A DNA stretch of 64,000 nucleotides from an uncultured Methanomicrobiales archaeon (GCA_963697895.1 OY969100.1:992001-1056000), one strand, 5' to 3'. Shown: positions 1-11,821, numbered from the stretch's first letter. The notes: generated by a model not told the origin, from the letters alone. Numbers and translations: made by a program.

Positions 1-546
1 TCCGGCATCCCGGATCCGCATTCCGAGGGCCGCTGCACCGAATCCGCCGAAGACCACGTTGTGAACCGCGCCTATCCGGGCACAGGCAAGCATCGCGATG
101 ATCTGTTCGGGCACGAGGGGCATGTAGATGCAGACACAGTCACCTTTCTGTATGCCGATCTTTTTTAAGGCGTTTGCAAACCGCATCACTTCGGAGTGCA
201 GTTTCTGGTAGGTTAAAACCCGTTCTTCGCGTCCTTCCCCTCTCCAGATGAGGGCTGCCTTGTTTCGCCGGTCGTGGGTGACATGCCGATCGAGACAGTT
301 CGCCGTGATGTTCAGTTTTGCATCGACAAACCATTTCGCATACGGGTAATCCCATTCCCGGACCGCATTCCAGGGACGGATCCATTCGAGGTTCTTTGCG
401 ATGCCAGCCCAGAAAGTTTCGGGATCGGCAAGGAATTCGTAATACTTCTTCCCGTAATCGCCTATCCACGAATTGTGTTTGAATTCGGCATCAGGGGTAT
501 AATACTTGACATTTTTTACGATTCTGACATCAAATGATTCTTTCAT
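1..546 (-). CDS. acs: Acetyl-CoA synthetase (AMP-forming), N-terminal part; runs off the left edge of the window
   Basis: Manual minus-strand translation from ATG at 546: MKESFDVRIV...FWAGIAKNLEW...KWFVDAKLNITANCLDRH...KAALIWRGE...IYMPLVPEQIIAMLACARIGAVHNVVFGGF, the typical Acs N-terminal motifs. Confidence 0.93.
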   Translation of the reverse strand, partial: MKESFDVRIVKNVKYYTPDAEFKHNSWIGDYGKKYYEFLADPETFWAGIAKNLEWIRPWNAVREWDYPYAKWFVDAKLNITANCLDRHVTHDRRNKAALIWRGEGREERVLTYQKLHSEVMRFANALKKIGIQKGDCVCIYMPLVPEQIIAMLACARIGAVHNVVFGGFGAAALGMRIRDAG

Positions 547-1534
547 CGTTTCGCACCTGATTTTTCAGCGCTGTTGCGCAGATGGACAGGAGAGAGAGGC
601 CGGCCGGAACGCTTTCGTCCCGCCGGTATCCTCCGGTTCGGAGTCGTGATGTATGATCTCTGCCGTACAGGTACCGGTAGAATATACACGGATCCGTATC
701 GGAGCCAACACATCACGGAAATGGGAAAGTTCTGAAGAACTTCCCGGTGAATGTACATAGATCGGGAACACCATGCGTGTCCTTACCTATGTTACTACGA
801 ATTGAACGCCATCTTCGAGTTCACCACTCCGTCGAAAGTAATCTATAATGATTAATCATTCTAAATTAATAAAGATACTGGAAGGGTGCATACCGGACTC
901 CGCGGTTCCGGGTGAATTATACCGGAAAACGGCCCAATAGCGAACGTGTGCCTTTGGGCTTGAGAGGAGGTGAGGGTTGTTCCCTCATTCTTCTTTCAGG
1001 TGTTTATTCTCTACGAATCCATCAGCACCCAGCAAAGCAATACTGACAACTGCAAAAATGATAGCTCCCGATGTTGTATACTGCAGGATGACTGCTATCA
1101 GGGCTGTTATGATCGCTGCGTATAGCACTGTATTTGTATGTGTCTTTTCATTCTGTATTCCCAGTCTGTTCTAACTTCCAGGGCTTTGATTCACTACCCA
1201 TTCTCATAATTACTTTAAAATAATCATTCTCAGGTCTCCGTCTTTCCCAGAGGATTAAAATATATAAAAAATCCCCCGGTGAGAGTCGAACACATAACCT
1301 TCGATGGCAGGCACATTTCCGCGATCCCGAGGGGGGATGTGATCGGGATCCTCGAGAATAATTCCAGGCAAAATAACACCGAAATCGCGGGACAAATGCT
1401 TTTTCCGACCCGGCTGGGTCACCGCCGGAGAGCCGCGAATAATCATTTTTTTCATCCGGATGATTTAAGATTTTTATCAGGATGCATTATTAAAAGGAAA
1501 AATCTCCTATACCTTTAATCAGGAGCAGATCTGA

Positions 1535-2983
1535 TTGAGTGATACTTCCCCGAAACAGAAGATGTCCCTTAAGGACCTTTTAATCGTTATCGTCGTTTCT
1601 CTGGGATCGTTCATGGCAGGCCTCGATGCCACGATTGTGAATATTGCGCTCCCCACGATTGCAAAAACCCTGGATATCTCAACCGTGACCTCATCGTGGG
1701 TCCTGAACGCCTACCTGATTATTCTGGTCAGTCTTCTCCTTGCCGCCTCCCGGCTGGGAGATATGAAGGGGTACAAGAAATTATTCCTTTCCGGATTCGC
1801 GGTATTTACACTTGGTTCTGCCCTTTGCGGTCTTTCTTCAGACATCGTGATGCTTATCGCCTCACGGATGCTCCAGGCGGTCGGGGGTGCCGCCATCGCC
1901 GCACTGGGTGCCGTGATGGTCACCTCCTACCTTTCTTCCTCGGTACGGGGACAGGCACTCGGGATCGTCGCGATGTTTACCATGTTGGGTGCCGCACTCG
2001 GGCCGGTGATCGGGGGGTTCCTGACAAGCGTGTATTCATGGCCGTTCATCTTCTATGTCAATGTCCCGGTGGGCATTATTGCGATCCTGCTTGGCATAAA
2101 GATCATCCCGTCGAAACCACCGGTCTCCCCCGATGCAAAACTCGACATCCCGGGCGTTTTATTCGTCTTTGTTGCGTTGGCTACCCTGATATACGGTCTC
2201 ACCACGATCCAGGGGGCGACACCGGTTGCCGGCGGGATTTCCCTCATCCTCGCGTTTATATTCTGGCTTCTCTTCTTTGTACGGGAGCGGCGGGCAAAGG
2301 AGCCTTTGATCAACCTCGGGCTCTTCTCCAACCGTGCGTATACGTTCCAGAATTTTGCCGTAATGCTCGTCCAGATGGCGATGGCAGGGGTGATGGTCCT
2401 GATGCCGTTCTACCTGGAGCTGGTAAAGAAGGTCTCCACCGGGGACTCGGGGGCGATCCTGCTGGCACTTCCGGTCGGGATGATCCTTACCGCCCCGATA
2501 GCCGGAAAGATCTCTGATGTTATCGGCACGAAAAAACCCATCATTGTGGGTTTTGTTATCGCCGCCGTCGCCCTCCTGTTCCTCTCCACCTTGTCGGTGG
2601 AATCGAGCATCGGGCATGTCAGCATCTACCTCTTCCTGCTGGGGGCGGGAACGGGTATTGCCTTCTCTCCGCTCAACAGTGCGGTGATGGGGGAGTCCCC
2701 GGTACAGGACCGGGGAGCGACATCCGGTCTGCTAAAGATGATGACGAACCTGGGATCGTCGCTCGGTGTTGCATCGGTGATGCTCGTTTCCACGATCGCA
2801 ATCGGCCCCCAGCTGGCGAAGACTTCCGCTCATTCCCTCCCGGCCAAAGACCTTGCCAGTGCATTCGACACGGCATTCTTTTTCCTGATGATCGTCGAAG
2901 TGGTAGGGATTATTCTTATGATAACGGTCAGGGAAAAAGAGATCCCGGAGGGAATGGAAAGCGAACCGGCAGTGGGGTTCTGA
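1535..2983 (+). CDS. MFS drug:H+ antiporter, DHA2 (14-TM) family
   Basis: LDATIVNIALP motif D1, SRLGDMKGYK motif A-like, GPVIGG and WPFIFYVNVPVG, ~14 hydrophobic segments. Confidence 0.9.
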   Translation: MSDTSPKQKMSLKDLLIVIVVSLGSFMAGLDATIVNIALPTIAKTLDISTVTSSWVLNAYLIILVSLLLAASRLGDMKGYKKLFLSGFAVFTLGSALCGLSSDIVMLIASRMLQAVGGAAIAALGAVMVTSYLSSSVRGQALGIVAMFTMLGAALGPVIGGFLTSVYSWPFIFYVNVPVGIIAILLGIKIIPSKPPVSPDAKLDIPGVLFVFVALATLIYGLTTIQGATPVAGGISLILAFIFWLLFFVRERRAKEPLINLGLFSNRAYTFQNFAVMLVQMAMAGVMVLMPFYLELVKKVSTGDSGAILLALPVGMILTAPIAGKISDVIGTKKPIIVGFVIAAVALLFLSTLSVESSIGHVSIYLFLLGAGTGIAFSPLNSAVMGESPVQDRGATSGLLKMMTNLGSSLGVASVMLVSTIAIGPQLAKTSAHSLPAKDLASAFDTAFFFLMIVEVVGIILMITVREKEIPEGMESEPAVGF

Positions 2984-3324
2984 GCGTAGATCCCATTCCC
3001 TTCTTTTATTAACGGGAATACCCCTTTAATCCTGTCAACCTGCTGGCTTGGCTGAAGAACGGTAAAGTCACCGATACCTGTTGATTCCCTGAATGCGGGA
3101 ACGATAAAGGGTGATCTGCAGCCATTGCCATCCATAATGCTTTCCTTTTTCTCATATTGCAGATAACAGGAGGCATCTGATGATTCAGGTCAATTCTACA
3201 CCGGAGAATGAAGGAAGGAGGAGGGAACAAAGATCTCCGGAAATACAGGGAACCGTTCGATTCGTTTGGCTGAATCCAGGAGGTATATTTTTTTGGGTAC
3301 ATACAATCTAGGGGATTAGGAAGC

Positions 3325-3591
3325 ATGGTTGACGGTATGAACGAAGTGACAACCCTGATCATCTGCCGGGAATCGGTGTATGACTCGGAAGACTGGGTGC
3401 ATATTTCAGGCAGGTTATCACCCGGACAGACGGACGGGACCTATCAGGAGGCGCTGAACCGCCTGGATGATACGCGTTATACCCTTTCCGAGGCGGGGGA
3501 TATCGTCCGGCAGGTCGCGAGGGAGATGGGCTACCCGGTGATCGAAGAATTAGGCGTGAACTTCCCCTTCCCGGAAGCAATGGAAGAATAG
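3325..3591 (+). CDS. Small hypothetical protein
   Basis: 88-aa ORF with globular composition; no family recognised. Confidence 0.5.
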   Translation: MVDGMNEVTTLIICRESVYDSEDWVHISGRLSPGQTDGTYQEALNRLDDTRYTLSEAGDIVRQVAREMGYPVIEELGVNFPFPEAMEE

Positions 3592-3607
3592 CTGCTCCGA
3601 TCGAACA

Positions 3608-3871
3608 CTACAACTCGGGATATTCCTTCTTCGACGGAAGAAAATAGAACACGAAGAGGACGCATACTGCGCCGGTCAGGATCACGAGGATGCTCAGGCT
3701 GTCCGGGTGGATGAACCCGAGGCTCGCCTTGTACTTCACGGTGTGAAAGTCATTCACCGACCAGGGAAATGTCTCGTAGAAGTACCGGTACAGCGTCTGC
3801 AACAAGATGACCAGGGCTGCGGTGATCGCGATTATTGCCAGTATCATCCTGTTTTTCGGGGTCATGGGCAT
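3608..3871 (-). CDS. Small 2-TM membrane protein
   Basis: Two hydrophobic helices in an 87-aa ORF. Confidence 0.55.
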   Translation of the reverse strand: MPMTPKNRMILAIIAITAALVILLQTLYRYFYETFPWSVNDFHTVKYKASLGFIHPDSLSILVILTGAVCVLFVFYFLPSKKEYPEL

Positions 3872-4420
3872 CGATCTTTTCGGAATAAGAACGGTGAATA
3901 TTGCTTCTCAGTACTTCGCTCTCCACCCATTAAATACTATGAACCGGTAATGATTGGGAATAGAAATGGCCCTCTTCAGCCGCGATAGCGTTTTCCTTAT
4001 ATTCCAGGTTATTCTGGCAGTGATCACGAACGCCATTCCGTTCTACCTCCTCCTGAATTTGGGGAAACCCTGAGATTCTTTTTTTTCTACCCGGATCATT
4101 CGCTGCGGTACTTTTCCCCGCGGTCCCGCATGCATGAAAAATGCGATTTACCGGTCCCGCCTCTCCCGACCGATGTCCACGATCCCGCTCACCGGGTGCA
4201 GTTCGTTGCATCACTACCAGAGATGCACTCTCGCATCCCGGTGGTGCCATTCCCGATCTCTCCGCCCTCTCCTGTCCGGTGTTCACGATCCCGCATGCGC
4301 GAGGTCTGTTCACGCAATCTCCGTTCCTCTGAACCAAAAAATCCCTGCAATACTTGAAATGCCCTTTCTCGGTCTCTCCCCCCTCTTCCGACAAAGACTG
4401 ACTCCCGTGAGATGGAAATG

Positions 4421-5038
4421 CTATTTCCGCCTGAACAAATAGTTCAGGCTTTCTCCCCTGGGAATTGAGCGGATATAGAGATAGGAAACGAGCACTGCCG
4501 CGATCGACCCGATCGTATGGGCAACGTCGTCCCCGATCAGGTCGGGGAGCCCGTCATCGAAGGTGGTATGAGCGGTGATATCGAAATAGACCTCCCCGAT
4601 CTTCCATATCCCGCCGAGGATGGCCACGATCAGAAAGATCGAGATGAGGACCGTCGACCGCCTGAACCGGATCCCCCACCGGTCGAGGAATATGAAGAAC
4701 ACGAGGACCACCATCCCGACGGCCATCCCCGAGACGAAATGGGCAAGTTTGTCGAAGAGGGGAAACGTGGGCGACCAGTACCACCGCATCACCCCGCCGG
4801 AGATATGGAGAAAGAGGGAGAGCGATATCAGGCTCTTCACCCCGAAAGGCAGGGTGATCTTTAAGAGCATCTCGATCGCCACCGGGATCAGGATGACGAC
4901 CATCGCCGCGATGACCGCAATAAATCTCGACCGGTCGCCGATCTGGACGGCCCACACCGCGAGCCCGAGAAAGATCGCCTCGAAAATTCCGACTATTGCG
5001 AGATCAACCTTGTTTAAGCGTGATTTCGGGATCGGCAT
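4421..5038 (-). CDS. Integral membrane protein (DUF2238/YjdF-like)
   Basis: Multiple TM helices with an FLH..GG, FDKLAHF and D...D pattern; start placed at MPIPKSR. Confidence 0.7.
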   Translation of the reverse strand: MPIPKSRLNKVDLAIVGIFEAIFLGLAVWAVQIGDRSRFIAVIAAMVVILIPVAIEMLLKITLPFGVKSLISLSLFLHISGGVMRWYWSPTFPLFDKLAHFVSGMAVGMVVLVFFIFLDRWGIRFRRSTVLISIFLIVAILGGIWKIGEVYFDITAHTTFDDGLPDLIGDDVAHTIGSIAAVLVSYLYIRSIPRGESLNYLFRRK

Positions 5039-5374
5039 GAATACCAGTACTATGCATTCCCGCCGGGGAAATAGGTGACGGCTGGCAGGGTTCATCCTTC
5101 CTGAGGTTACTGGGGATGGCCCTGAAACATATCGCCCGGGTCGCCAGAACACGAGTTCCTTACACTCGTCCGACATGTTCTCCCAGGGATAGATCCCGGA
5201 ATTCATAGTACTGGTTCCCGGACCGAAAGATCGTGAAGGTCCCGGGGATCTCCCGATAAGGTCTTCTCTTTCTCCCCGATTGGGTCCGGGTCATTTTCGA
5301 TCCTGAACAGGAGAGACACTCTCATATATTCACCGTTCCAACCTTTTCTCCTGAACGTAAAGAGTGGACATCCC

Positions 5375-6169
5375 ATGCACCAGTGGAATCCGGATGACTA
5401 CGAGAGACATTCCTCGGCCCAGAAGAAGTGGGGCGGAACACTGATCGGGAAGCTGCAGATCTCCGGAGACGAGCAGGTTCTCGATATCGGGTGCGGGGAC
5501 GGCGGGCTCACGGTCATGATCGCCGCCCGGATTCCCCGGGGGAAGGTGACCGGGATCGATCTGTCCCGTGAGATGATCGCCCATGCAAAGTCCCGCTACC
5601 CGGCATCGGGGTATCCCAATTGCAGTTTCGTCTGCCTTGATGCCCGGGAGATGATATACGACTCGGAGTTCGATCTCGCTTTTTCCAACGCTGTCCTGCA
5701 CTGGGTGGCAGAGCAGGATCTACTCCTCGCTCGGGTTCGCCGGGCCCTGAAACCGGGCGGAAGGCTCCTTTTCCAGATGGGAGGGTACGGGAACGCTGCG
5801 GAGTTCTTCGGCGTGGCCCGGTCCCTCGTTGCCAGGCAGCCCTGGAAAGGCTATTTTTCCGGGTTTTCCCCCACATGGAGCTTTCTTTCCGATCGTGAGT
5901 ATGCCGCCCTCCTGGATGAGGCGGGGCTTATACCCGTCAGGGTGGAGCTTATCCTGGTGGACATGGTCCATGAGAACCGGCAGGGTCTCGAGGGCTGGAT
6001 CCGCACCACCTGGCACCCCATACTGGAGAGGCTTCCGGAAGAAAGAAAAGAGGAGTTCATAACCCTGCTCACGGACCGGTACCTTGCTTCCCATCCTCCG
6101 GATCACGAAGGCCGGACCTGCGTGAAGATAGTCAGGCTGGAGGTAGAGGCACGGAAAAAGGAGGAGTGA
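5375..6169 (+). CDS. Class I SAM-dependent methyltransferase (trans-aconitate MTase-like)
   Basis: VLDIGCGDG, GIDLSREMI, FSNAVLHWV, LKPGG. Confidence 0.9.
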   Translation: MHQWNPDDYERHSSAQKKWGGTLIGKLQISGDEQVLDIGCGDGGLTVMIAARIPRGKVTGIDLSREMIAHAKSRYPASGYPNCSFVCLDAREMIYDSEFDLAFSNAVLHWVAEQDLLLARVRRALKPGGRLLFQMGGYGNAAEFFGVARSLVARQPWKGYFSGFSPTWSFLSDREYAALLDEAGLIPVRVELILVDMVHENRQGLEGWIRTTWHPILERLPEERKEEFITLLTDRYLASHPPDHEGRTCVKIVRLEVEARKKEE

Positions 6170-6292
6170 TGGGTATTGGTTCCGTTGTTTTGATCTTCTC
6201 CCCATGGAGTAATTTGATAAAATCACCCTGTATCCCTGTTCAAATACGATCGGGGCTGATATGGTTAAATACCCGGTAGTCCATCACCGGTT

Positions 6293-6727
6293 ATGACACG
6301 GTACTGGATCGCGGTGGCATCGAAAAACCACGTGATGCGGGGAGTGGCTCATGGATTCGCCCAGTCCGGGCATGGGAAGCGGTCCGGCATCGCACGGATG
6401 CACCAGGGCGACCGGATCCTTTACTATTCGCCGAAGGTGGAATACGAAGGGAAGGAGCCGCTTCATGCGTTCACCGCGATGGGGGAGGTCGCGGACGAGG
6501 AGATCTTCCAGGTCGAGGAGAGCCCGGACTGGAAACCCTTCCGGAGGAGAGTCCGGTATCTGTGGACCGGTGAGGTCCGGATCGAGCCGCTTATCGGGGA
6601 GTTGTCCTTTATTAAAAACAAAGCCAAATGGGGATCCGTCTTCCGGTTCGGCCTCGTGGAAATTCCGAAGGAAGATTTCGAGCGGATTGTCGCGGAATTG
6701 GGGGACCGGGATCCGGTTATGCGGTGA
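6293..6727 (+). CDS. EVE domain protein
   Basis: YWIAVAS..H..G..GFAQ.GHGK, GDRILYYSP and RFGLVEI..EDF are typical of the EVE family. Confidence 0.85.
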   Translation: MTRYWIAVASKNHVMRGVAHGFAQSGHGKRSGIARMHQGDRILYYSPKVEYEGKEPLHAFTAMGEVADEEIFQVEESPDWKPFRRRVRYLWTGEVRIEPLIGELSFIKNKAKWGSVFRFGLVEIPKEDFERIVAELGDRDPVMR

Positions 6728-6764
6728 ATTAGTTTTATCATACTGCCCATTGAAACGACGTCTT

Positions 6765-7538
6765 ATGGATAGCGAACTGCGTGACAAATTCACCGGGTTA
6801 TGGCTGGATTATTTTGAAGGATCGGAGCTGCCGATTACGTTCGGAATAGGAAACGCCCCCGGAACTGCACAAAAGGCACCGGTACCCAAAGGCTGGAAGT
6901 GCCTGGTCTGCGATCTGGCCAGGATCAGAAAAGGTGTCGCGCTAGCCTTTGATCAGGAATCACTCTCCTGCAGCGGGGCGAAATTTTTCCTGGGCTTCAC
7001 GACGGAACGAACTCCGGAATTTCGTTATTTCCTTTCTTCCGGGAAACCGGGGGTAATAGAAGGAGAGCGGTATAAGCAGACTCCTGAAATCGTGGATGAA
7101 GTAAGCCGGCACGCGGAACACATTCCCGCGGAGGGTAAATGCTATACCTTTAAACGATGGGATCAGCTGGCCGAAGATGATGCCCCTGAAGTCGTAATCT
7201 TCTTTGCACGGCCGGAAGTTATCTCTGGCCTCTTCACGCTCGCAAATTTCGACCAAGTCGACCCGAACGGGGGTGTCATCTGCCCCTTCAGTTCGGGTTG
7301 CGGATCGATCATCTATTATCCGTGGCTCGAGCAGCAGAAGGAGCACCCGAAGGCAGTTCTCGGCATGTTCGATCCATCGGCACGTCCTTGTGTAATGGTC
7401 GATGTCCTGACCATGGCCATCCCGATGAAGAAATTGGTGAAGATGATAGGATACATGGAGGAGAGTTTCCTGATCACCGGGACATGGGAAAAGGTGAGAA
7501 AGAAGATCAGGAAGAGTGCGGAGATTCATACACGGTGA
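6765..7538 (+). CDS. DUF169 family protein
   Basis: LSCSGAKFFLG, PEVVIFF, FSSGCGSI, AVLGMFDPSAR. Confidence 0.8.
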   Translation: MDSELRDKFTGLWLDYFEGSELPITFGIGNAPGTAQKAPVPKGWKCLVCDLARIRKGVALAFDQESLSCSGAKFFLGFTTERTPEFRYFLSSGKPGVIEGERYKQTPEIVDEVSRHAEHIPAEGKCYTFKRWDQLAEDDAPEVVIFFARPEVISGLFTLANFDQVDPNGGVICPFSSGCGSIIYYPWLEQQKEHPKAVLGMFDPSARPCVMVDVLTMAIPMKKLVKMIGYMEESFLITGTWEKVRKKIRKSAEIHTR

Positions 7539-7629
7539 GCATGTTACCGGCTTAAAACCGGTGAGTGTCGAATTGAACCCGAATGGAATAACATTCACGG
7601 CTACGGACGAAATAAAGGATGAACTGAAC

Positions 7630-8457
7630 ATGAAGAGTATTGTCGCAGAGAAACTCCGGCTCGATTACGAACCCGTGGCAATTCTCTGGAGCGATTCACG
7701 ACCGGAAGGGGCATTGCAAATAAAACCGCATGCGCAGACCTGCATCATGCCGTTTTTTGCCCAGGTTGCGACCAGAGGAAAAACCGTCGTGTTCGACCGG
7801 GAGTCATACGGCTGCCCGGGTGCCCGGGCAGGACTTGGTTTTGGCAACGGCTACTACGATGCGTTCCGTGGTGCCGGTATCGAATTTATGGCTGCATTCT
7901 TCGTAAAAGGTGCAGAGAGCAGCAGGGACCCGGAGGCCTATTCTGCAACCGTGCAATGTATTCCGGAACGGGAGCGTGCAAAGTTTATAGAAGGGGAACG
8001 CCTCCACAGGGATACGGATAAGGCAAAGAGGTTCATGACCGGGGATCTCCCGATCACGGATATCGCGGAGAGGTATGTGATCTTCACCCCGTTACGTAAG
8101 GTAAAACCCGGGGAGTTCCCGGTCGTGGTGATTTTTGTTGCAAACCCGTTGCAGATCACCGGACTGGTGACCCTGGTCGGAGCAATCCGCGAGGGGACCG
8201 ATCCCGTGCGGGTCCCGCCCATGGCTGCCTGCCAGCAGATCGGCGCATTCGTGTACGACGAGGCGAAAAAGGAGCATCCGAGGGCAGTGCTCGGGTACAC
8301 GGACCTCGCAGCACGGGCAAATGTAGGCAAGACCCTGCCGGTGAATGTGTTCACGTTTGCCGTCCCCTTTTCGCTCTTTGAGGAGATGGAGGAGGAAGCA
8401 GAAAACGGGGTCTTCGACGGCCCGATCTGGAAAGAACTTGCCGGAGGGGAGGAATGA
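7630..8457 (+). CDS. DUF169 family protein (tandem paralog)
   Basis: PVAI, YGCPGARAGLG, VVIFVANP.QITGL, AACQ, AVLGYTDLAAR. Confidence 0.8.
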   Translation: MKSIVAEKLRLDYEPVAILWSDSRPEGALQIKPHAQTCIMPFFAQVATRGKTVVFDRESYGCPGARAGLGFGNGYYDAFRGAGIEFMAAFFVKGAESSRDPEAYSATVQCIPERERAKFIEGERLHRDTDKAKRFMTGDLPITDIAERYVIFTPLRKVKPGEFPVVVIFVANPLQITGLVTLVGAIREGTDPVRVPPMAACQQIGAFVYDEAKKEHPRAVLGYTDLAARANVGKTLPVNVFTFAVPFSLFEEMEEEAENGVFDGPIWKELAGGEE

Positions 8458-8661
8458 GATGGGTATGACCGATGTTTCTATGAGAAGATACCGCTCATGC
8501 AGCAGATCGGCCTGATACAGGAAGGGGGGCATCTGATGTTCGGGTGGCGGGCTTCCCTGTGTTTCTGGTTTATCTGGGGAACTGACACGAATAATCGAAG
8601 GATCTCAGTTTAATTCGTGACCCGGATTGTGCCGGTAAAAAGAGGTTGGAAAGAGAAGAGG

Positions 8662-9210
8662 TTATGATCCGATCGGCACCGCAGTCGGACCATAGGGTGT
8701 AGGCGTGAACAGGAGGATGCGGCCGGAATTGTCGGTGAGGGACAACTGCTGGTTATTTATCGTGTAACTTGTGACATTCTGAAGGATCTGAAGGTAACTT
8801 GCCTCCTTTGTACTCAGGTCCTGGCAATACTTCTGCGTCGACACAATGGGTCCGATGGTGATCCCCTTTCCGTTCGGCAGAACCTGCCCGGTCAGCACGT
8901 ACTGCGCATCGTAATCGTTGCACCCGCCAAATCCGGAAAGATCGCCTTGTTCGGTAAAGATCGCGGTGATTTGTACGCCTATCGTCTGGAACGGCGTGGA
9001 GCCGCCCGGCCCGGTCACCGCTTTGAGGTACCATCTCCCTGCAAGAGCCGGATCGGTAATCGGAGAGGTGGTAGGAATCGGTGTTGCCAGTGTGGTCGGC
9101 GGAGCGGTGGTCGCCGGGGGGGTGACCGTCGGAGTGGTGCATCCCGCGACGAGGACCGCGAAAAATGCACAGATGAACAGACTGATTACAATTCGTTTCA
9201 TGCTTTGCAT
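8662..9210 (-). CDS. META domain lipoprotein
   Basis: Signal peptide with a VAGC lipobox, Thr/Pro linker, then W.L...SGFGGCN.Y and STQKYC. Confidence 0.85.
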   Translation of the reverse strand: MQSMKRIVISLFICAFFAVLVAGCTTPTVTPPATTAPPTTLATPIPTTSPITDPALAGRWYLKAVTGPGGSTPFQTIGVQITAIFTEQGDLSGFGGCNDYDAQYVLTGQVLPNGKGITIGPIVSTQKYCQDLSTKEASYLQILQNVTSYTINNQQLSLTDNSGRILLFTPTPYGPTAVPIGS

Positions 9211-9900
9211 CTTGACCGAGATCACCTATAATCTTTGTTTTTTTTCACAGGATCCTGCGGGTTTGACAGGGGGAAGGTTCGGGAGTTCCTGTGGATAACC
9301 AGGAGGGAAAAGAAACCTCCACAATTCCAAAGGCTCTCAAAATAATTGAAAATGCATGCCTCTTATACGGTGCAGAACAAGGGTGTCTCATGACGGTTGT
9401 GGATAATAGGCATGCGGATGGTCATGCACAGATTCCGCATAATCACATCCATCGCCTCTGTAACATCTCTGGCGCGCCGTTACACGTATCGGAGAGCGTC
9501 GATTCAGTTGTGCAATTCGGGATGTAACGATGGGTTTCGCTTTGACCGTTCTCCTATAGGAAAGAAACATTTTCGCATGAGTAATTGTTATTCCGTAAAC
9601 CTTTTTCATCTCATTTTCTAAGAATTAATTATGCAGTCGATAGATGGTTATATCGATTATAAGCGTCGGGAATATTGTAATGATGTTAAATGCCCGATAC
9701 AATTGCTTTTGAATAAAGAAGTGGAAAAATCTCCCAGAATATGAAGAAATCCGGGCGATTTGTGCATCCAATTGTCTGCATAGTACCCATGAATTTCACC
9801 ATTGGTTAACAGAGAAGGGATACCTGATCGTCAGACCGGAGCAAAAATAATCCCAACTTTTTTTACCGTTGTGTATCATTAATTCTCGTGAAGTGTCCCC

Positions 9901-10725
9901 ATGGTACATGCATATCTTGATACTGGAATTCAAAGCCGGATGAACCGGATCATCAATCCGAAAGATAACCGGGTAGTTATGCTTGCGATAGACCATCCCT
10001 ATTTCCAGGGGCCGACAACGGGCTTGCGTAATATGAGTAACACAATAAAAACACTCCTTCCCTATTGCGATTGCCTGATGACGACACGCGGGGCAGTGCG
10101 GAGCAATATTGCGTTCGATGATGTCGGATCAAAACCCATCATGTTACGGGTTACCGGGGGAAACAGCGTTTTAAATGAAGAGTTAAGTGATGAAAAGCTC
10201 ACGGTTACCATTAAAGAAGCCATCCGAATGGATGCGGCCGGTGTCGCGGTCAGTGTTTTTATCGGCTCTGCCAATCAGCAACAGACGATTATCAATCTCA
10301 CCGACATGATCAATCAGGCCGAAGAATACGGAATTCCCGTTTTGGCAGTAACCGCCGTGGGTAAAAACATGGCCCGGGATTTGCGCTATTTAGCGCTTGC
10401 ATCCCGTATTTGCCAGGATGCCGGGGCCCGGATTATCAAGACCTATTATTGTGAGGAATTTTCCAAATTAGTTGACGCGGTTGCTCCAACTGCGGTCGTC
10501 GTTGCAGGAGGTAAGTATTCAAGTCCTCCTGACGCTCTTCAGATGGCCTACAACTCTGTCCAGGCGGGTGCAGCGGGAGTTGATTTCGGACGAAATATTT
10601 TCCAGGATGACAATCCTATCGGCATGATCAAAGCAATTCGTTCAATTGTCCATGAAAATCATACGGTAAAGGAAGCCCTGGATATTTACAATGCATGTTT
10701 ACCCGGTGCATCCAAGCTTGACTAA
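9901..10725 (+). CDS. lsrF: LsrF-like class I aldolase/thiolase
   Basis: VMLAIDH, LMTTRG, GIPVLAVTAVGKNMARD.RY..LASRI, IIKTYY, VAGGK, GVDFGRNIFQ. Confidence 0.8.
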   Translation: MVHAYLDTGIQSRMNRIINPKDNRVVMLAIDHPYFQGPTTGLRNMSNTIKTLLPYCDCLMTTRGAVRSNIAFDDVGSKPIMLRVTGGNSVLNEELSDEKLTVTIKEAIRMDAAGVAVSVFIGSANQQQTIINLTDMINQAEEYGIPVLAVTAVGKNMARDLRYLALASRICQDAGARIIKTYYCEEFSKLVDAVAPTAVVVAGGKYSSPPDALQMAYNSVQAGAAGVDFGRNIFQDDNPIGMIKAIRSIVHENHTVKEALDIYNACLPGASKLD

Positions 10726-10767
10726 ATTTTTCATATTTTTATATCTTTACTCTCCACAGGGAACACC

Positions 10768-11821
10768 ATGAAAGCAGCAGTCTATTATTCGAACAGTGAC
10801 ATTCGCACCGAAGATGTTGAAGATCTCACCGGTCGGACCGGGAGAGATCAAAGTCAGGATCATGGCGTGCGGAGTGTGCGGGTCGGATGTCATGGAATGG
10901 TATCGAATTAAGCGTGCGGGAAGACCCGGGGGTATTGGAGCTTTTGGACATGAATGCACGGGAATCATTGCAGAAGTCGGTTCCAGGGTAGATCCGAAAT
11001 GGAACGTGGGAGATCGGGTCGTGGTTACCCATCATGTACCATGCAACACGTGTAATGCCTGTATACGCGGGCATACGACCGCATGTGACACCCTGCAAAA
11101 AACAAAATTCAAGAATGCGTACGGGGCGTTTGCAGAATATGTCGTGTTGCCCGAGATCAACGTGGACCGGGGTATGTTACGCCTTCCCGAATCGGTTTCT
11201 TTTGATGCAGGAACCTTTGTTGAACCCCTTGGATGCGTGGTGCGTGGGCAACAATGGGCTCCGACCTCGGATGGCCGGTCAGTCCTGATCATTGGTGCCG
11301 GTATCACCGGATTGTTGCATATCCAGGCAGCCCGGTTGAATGGTGCGGGATTTATCGCTGTCTCCAATCCGAGTCCCGATCGGTTAAAGATCGCCCAAAA
11401 ATTCGGTGCCGATGCAACCATTTCCGCTACTGAAGATGTTCCCGAAAAGTTTAAAGAATTAAATGGCGGGCTGGGTGCAGACACCGTTATTATGACCGCA
11501 CCGGTTCCCGTTTGTGTGAAACAGTCACTTGAAGCAGTCGGACCGGGGGGTACGATCTTATTTTTTGCCCCCACAAATCCTGAAGTCCAGTCCGAAATCA
11601 ATCTCTGGAACCTGTGGCAAAAAGAGGTCACGATTACCCATTCATATGCTGCCGATTTCCATAATCTGACAACTGCCCTGAAATGGATTCAGTATAACAG
11701 AATCAATGTGACCGATATGATAACCCATGTTTTTCCCTTAAAAGAAACGGTTGAAGGTTTTCTCCTGACTGCCCGACACCGGGATGGGAGCCTGAAAGTT
11801 ATCATCCATCCACAGGAATAA
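10768..11821 (+). CDS. Zn-dependent (MDR) alcohol/polyol dehydrogenase with an apparent frameshift near 10830
   Basis: ATG 10768 gives MKAAVYYSNSDIRTEDVEDL in one frame; the rest (CGVCGSD, GHE, CxxCxxC, GAGITG) is in another frame. Confidence 0.85.

Noticed and set aside
985-1165. Minus-strand 2-TM reading frame (QNEKTHTNTVLYAAIITALIAV...)
   Set aside because: It looks protein-like, but there is no convincing in-frame start or RBS.
8460-8530. Possible ester-cyclase C-terminal remnant (YEKIPLMQQIGLI)
   Set aside because: Too short to support by eye.
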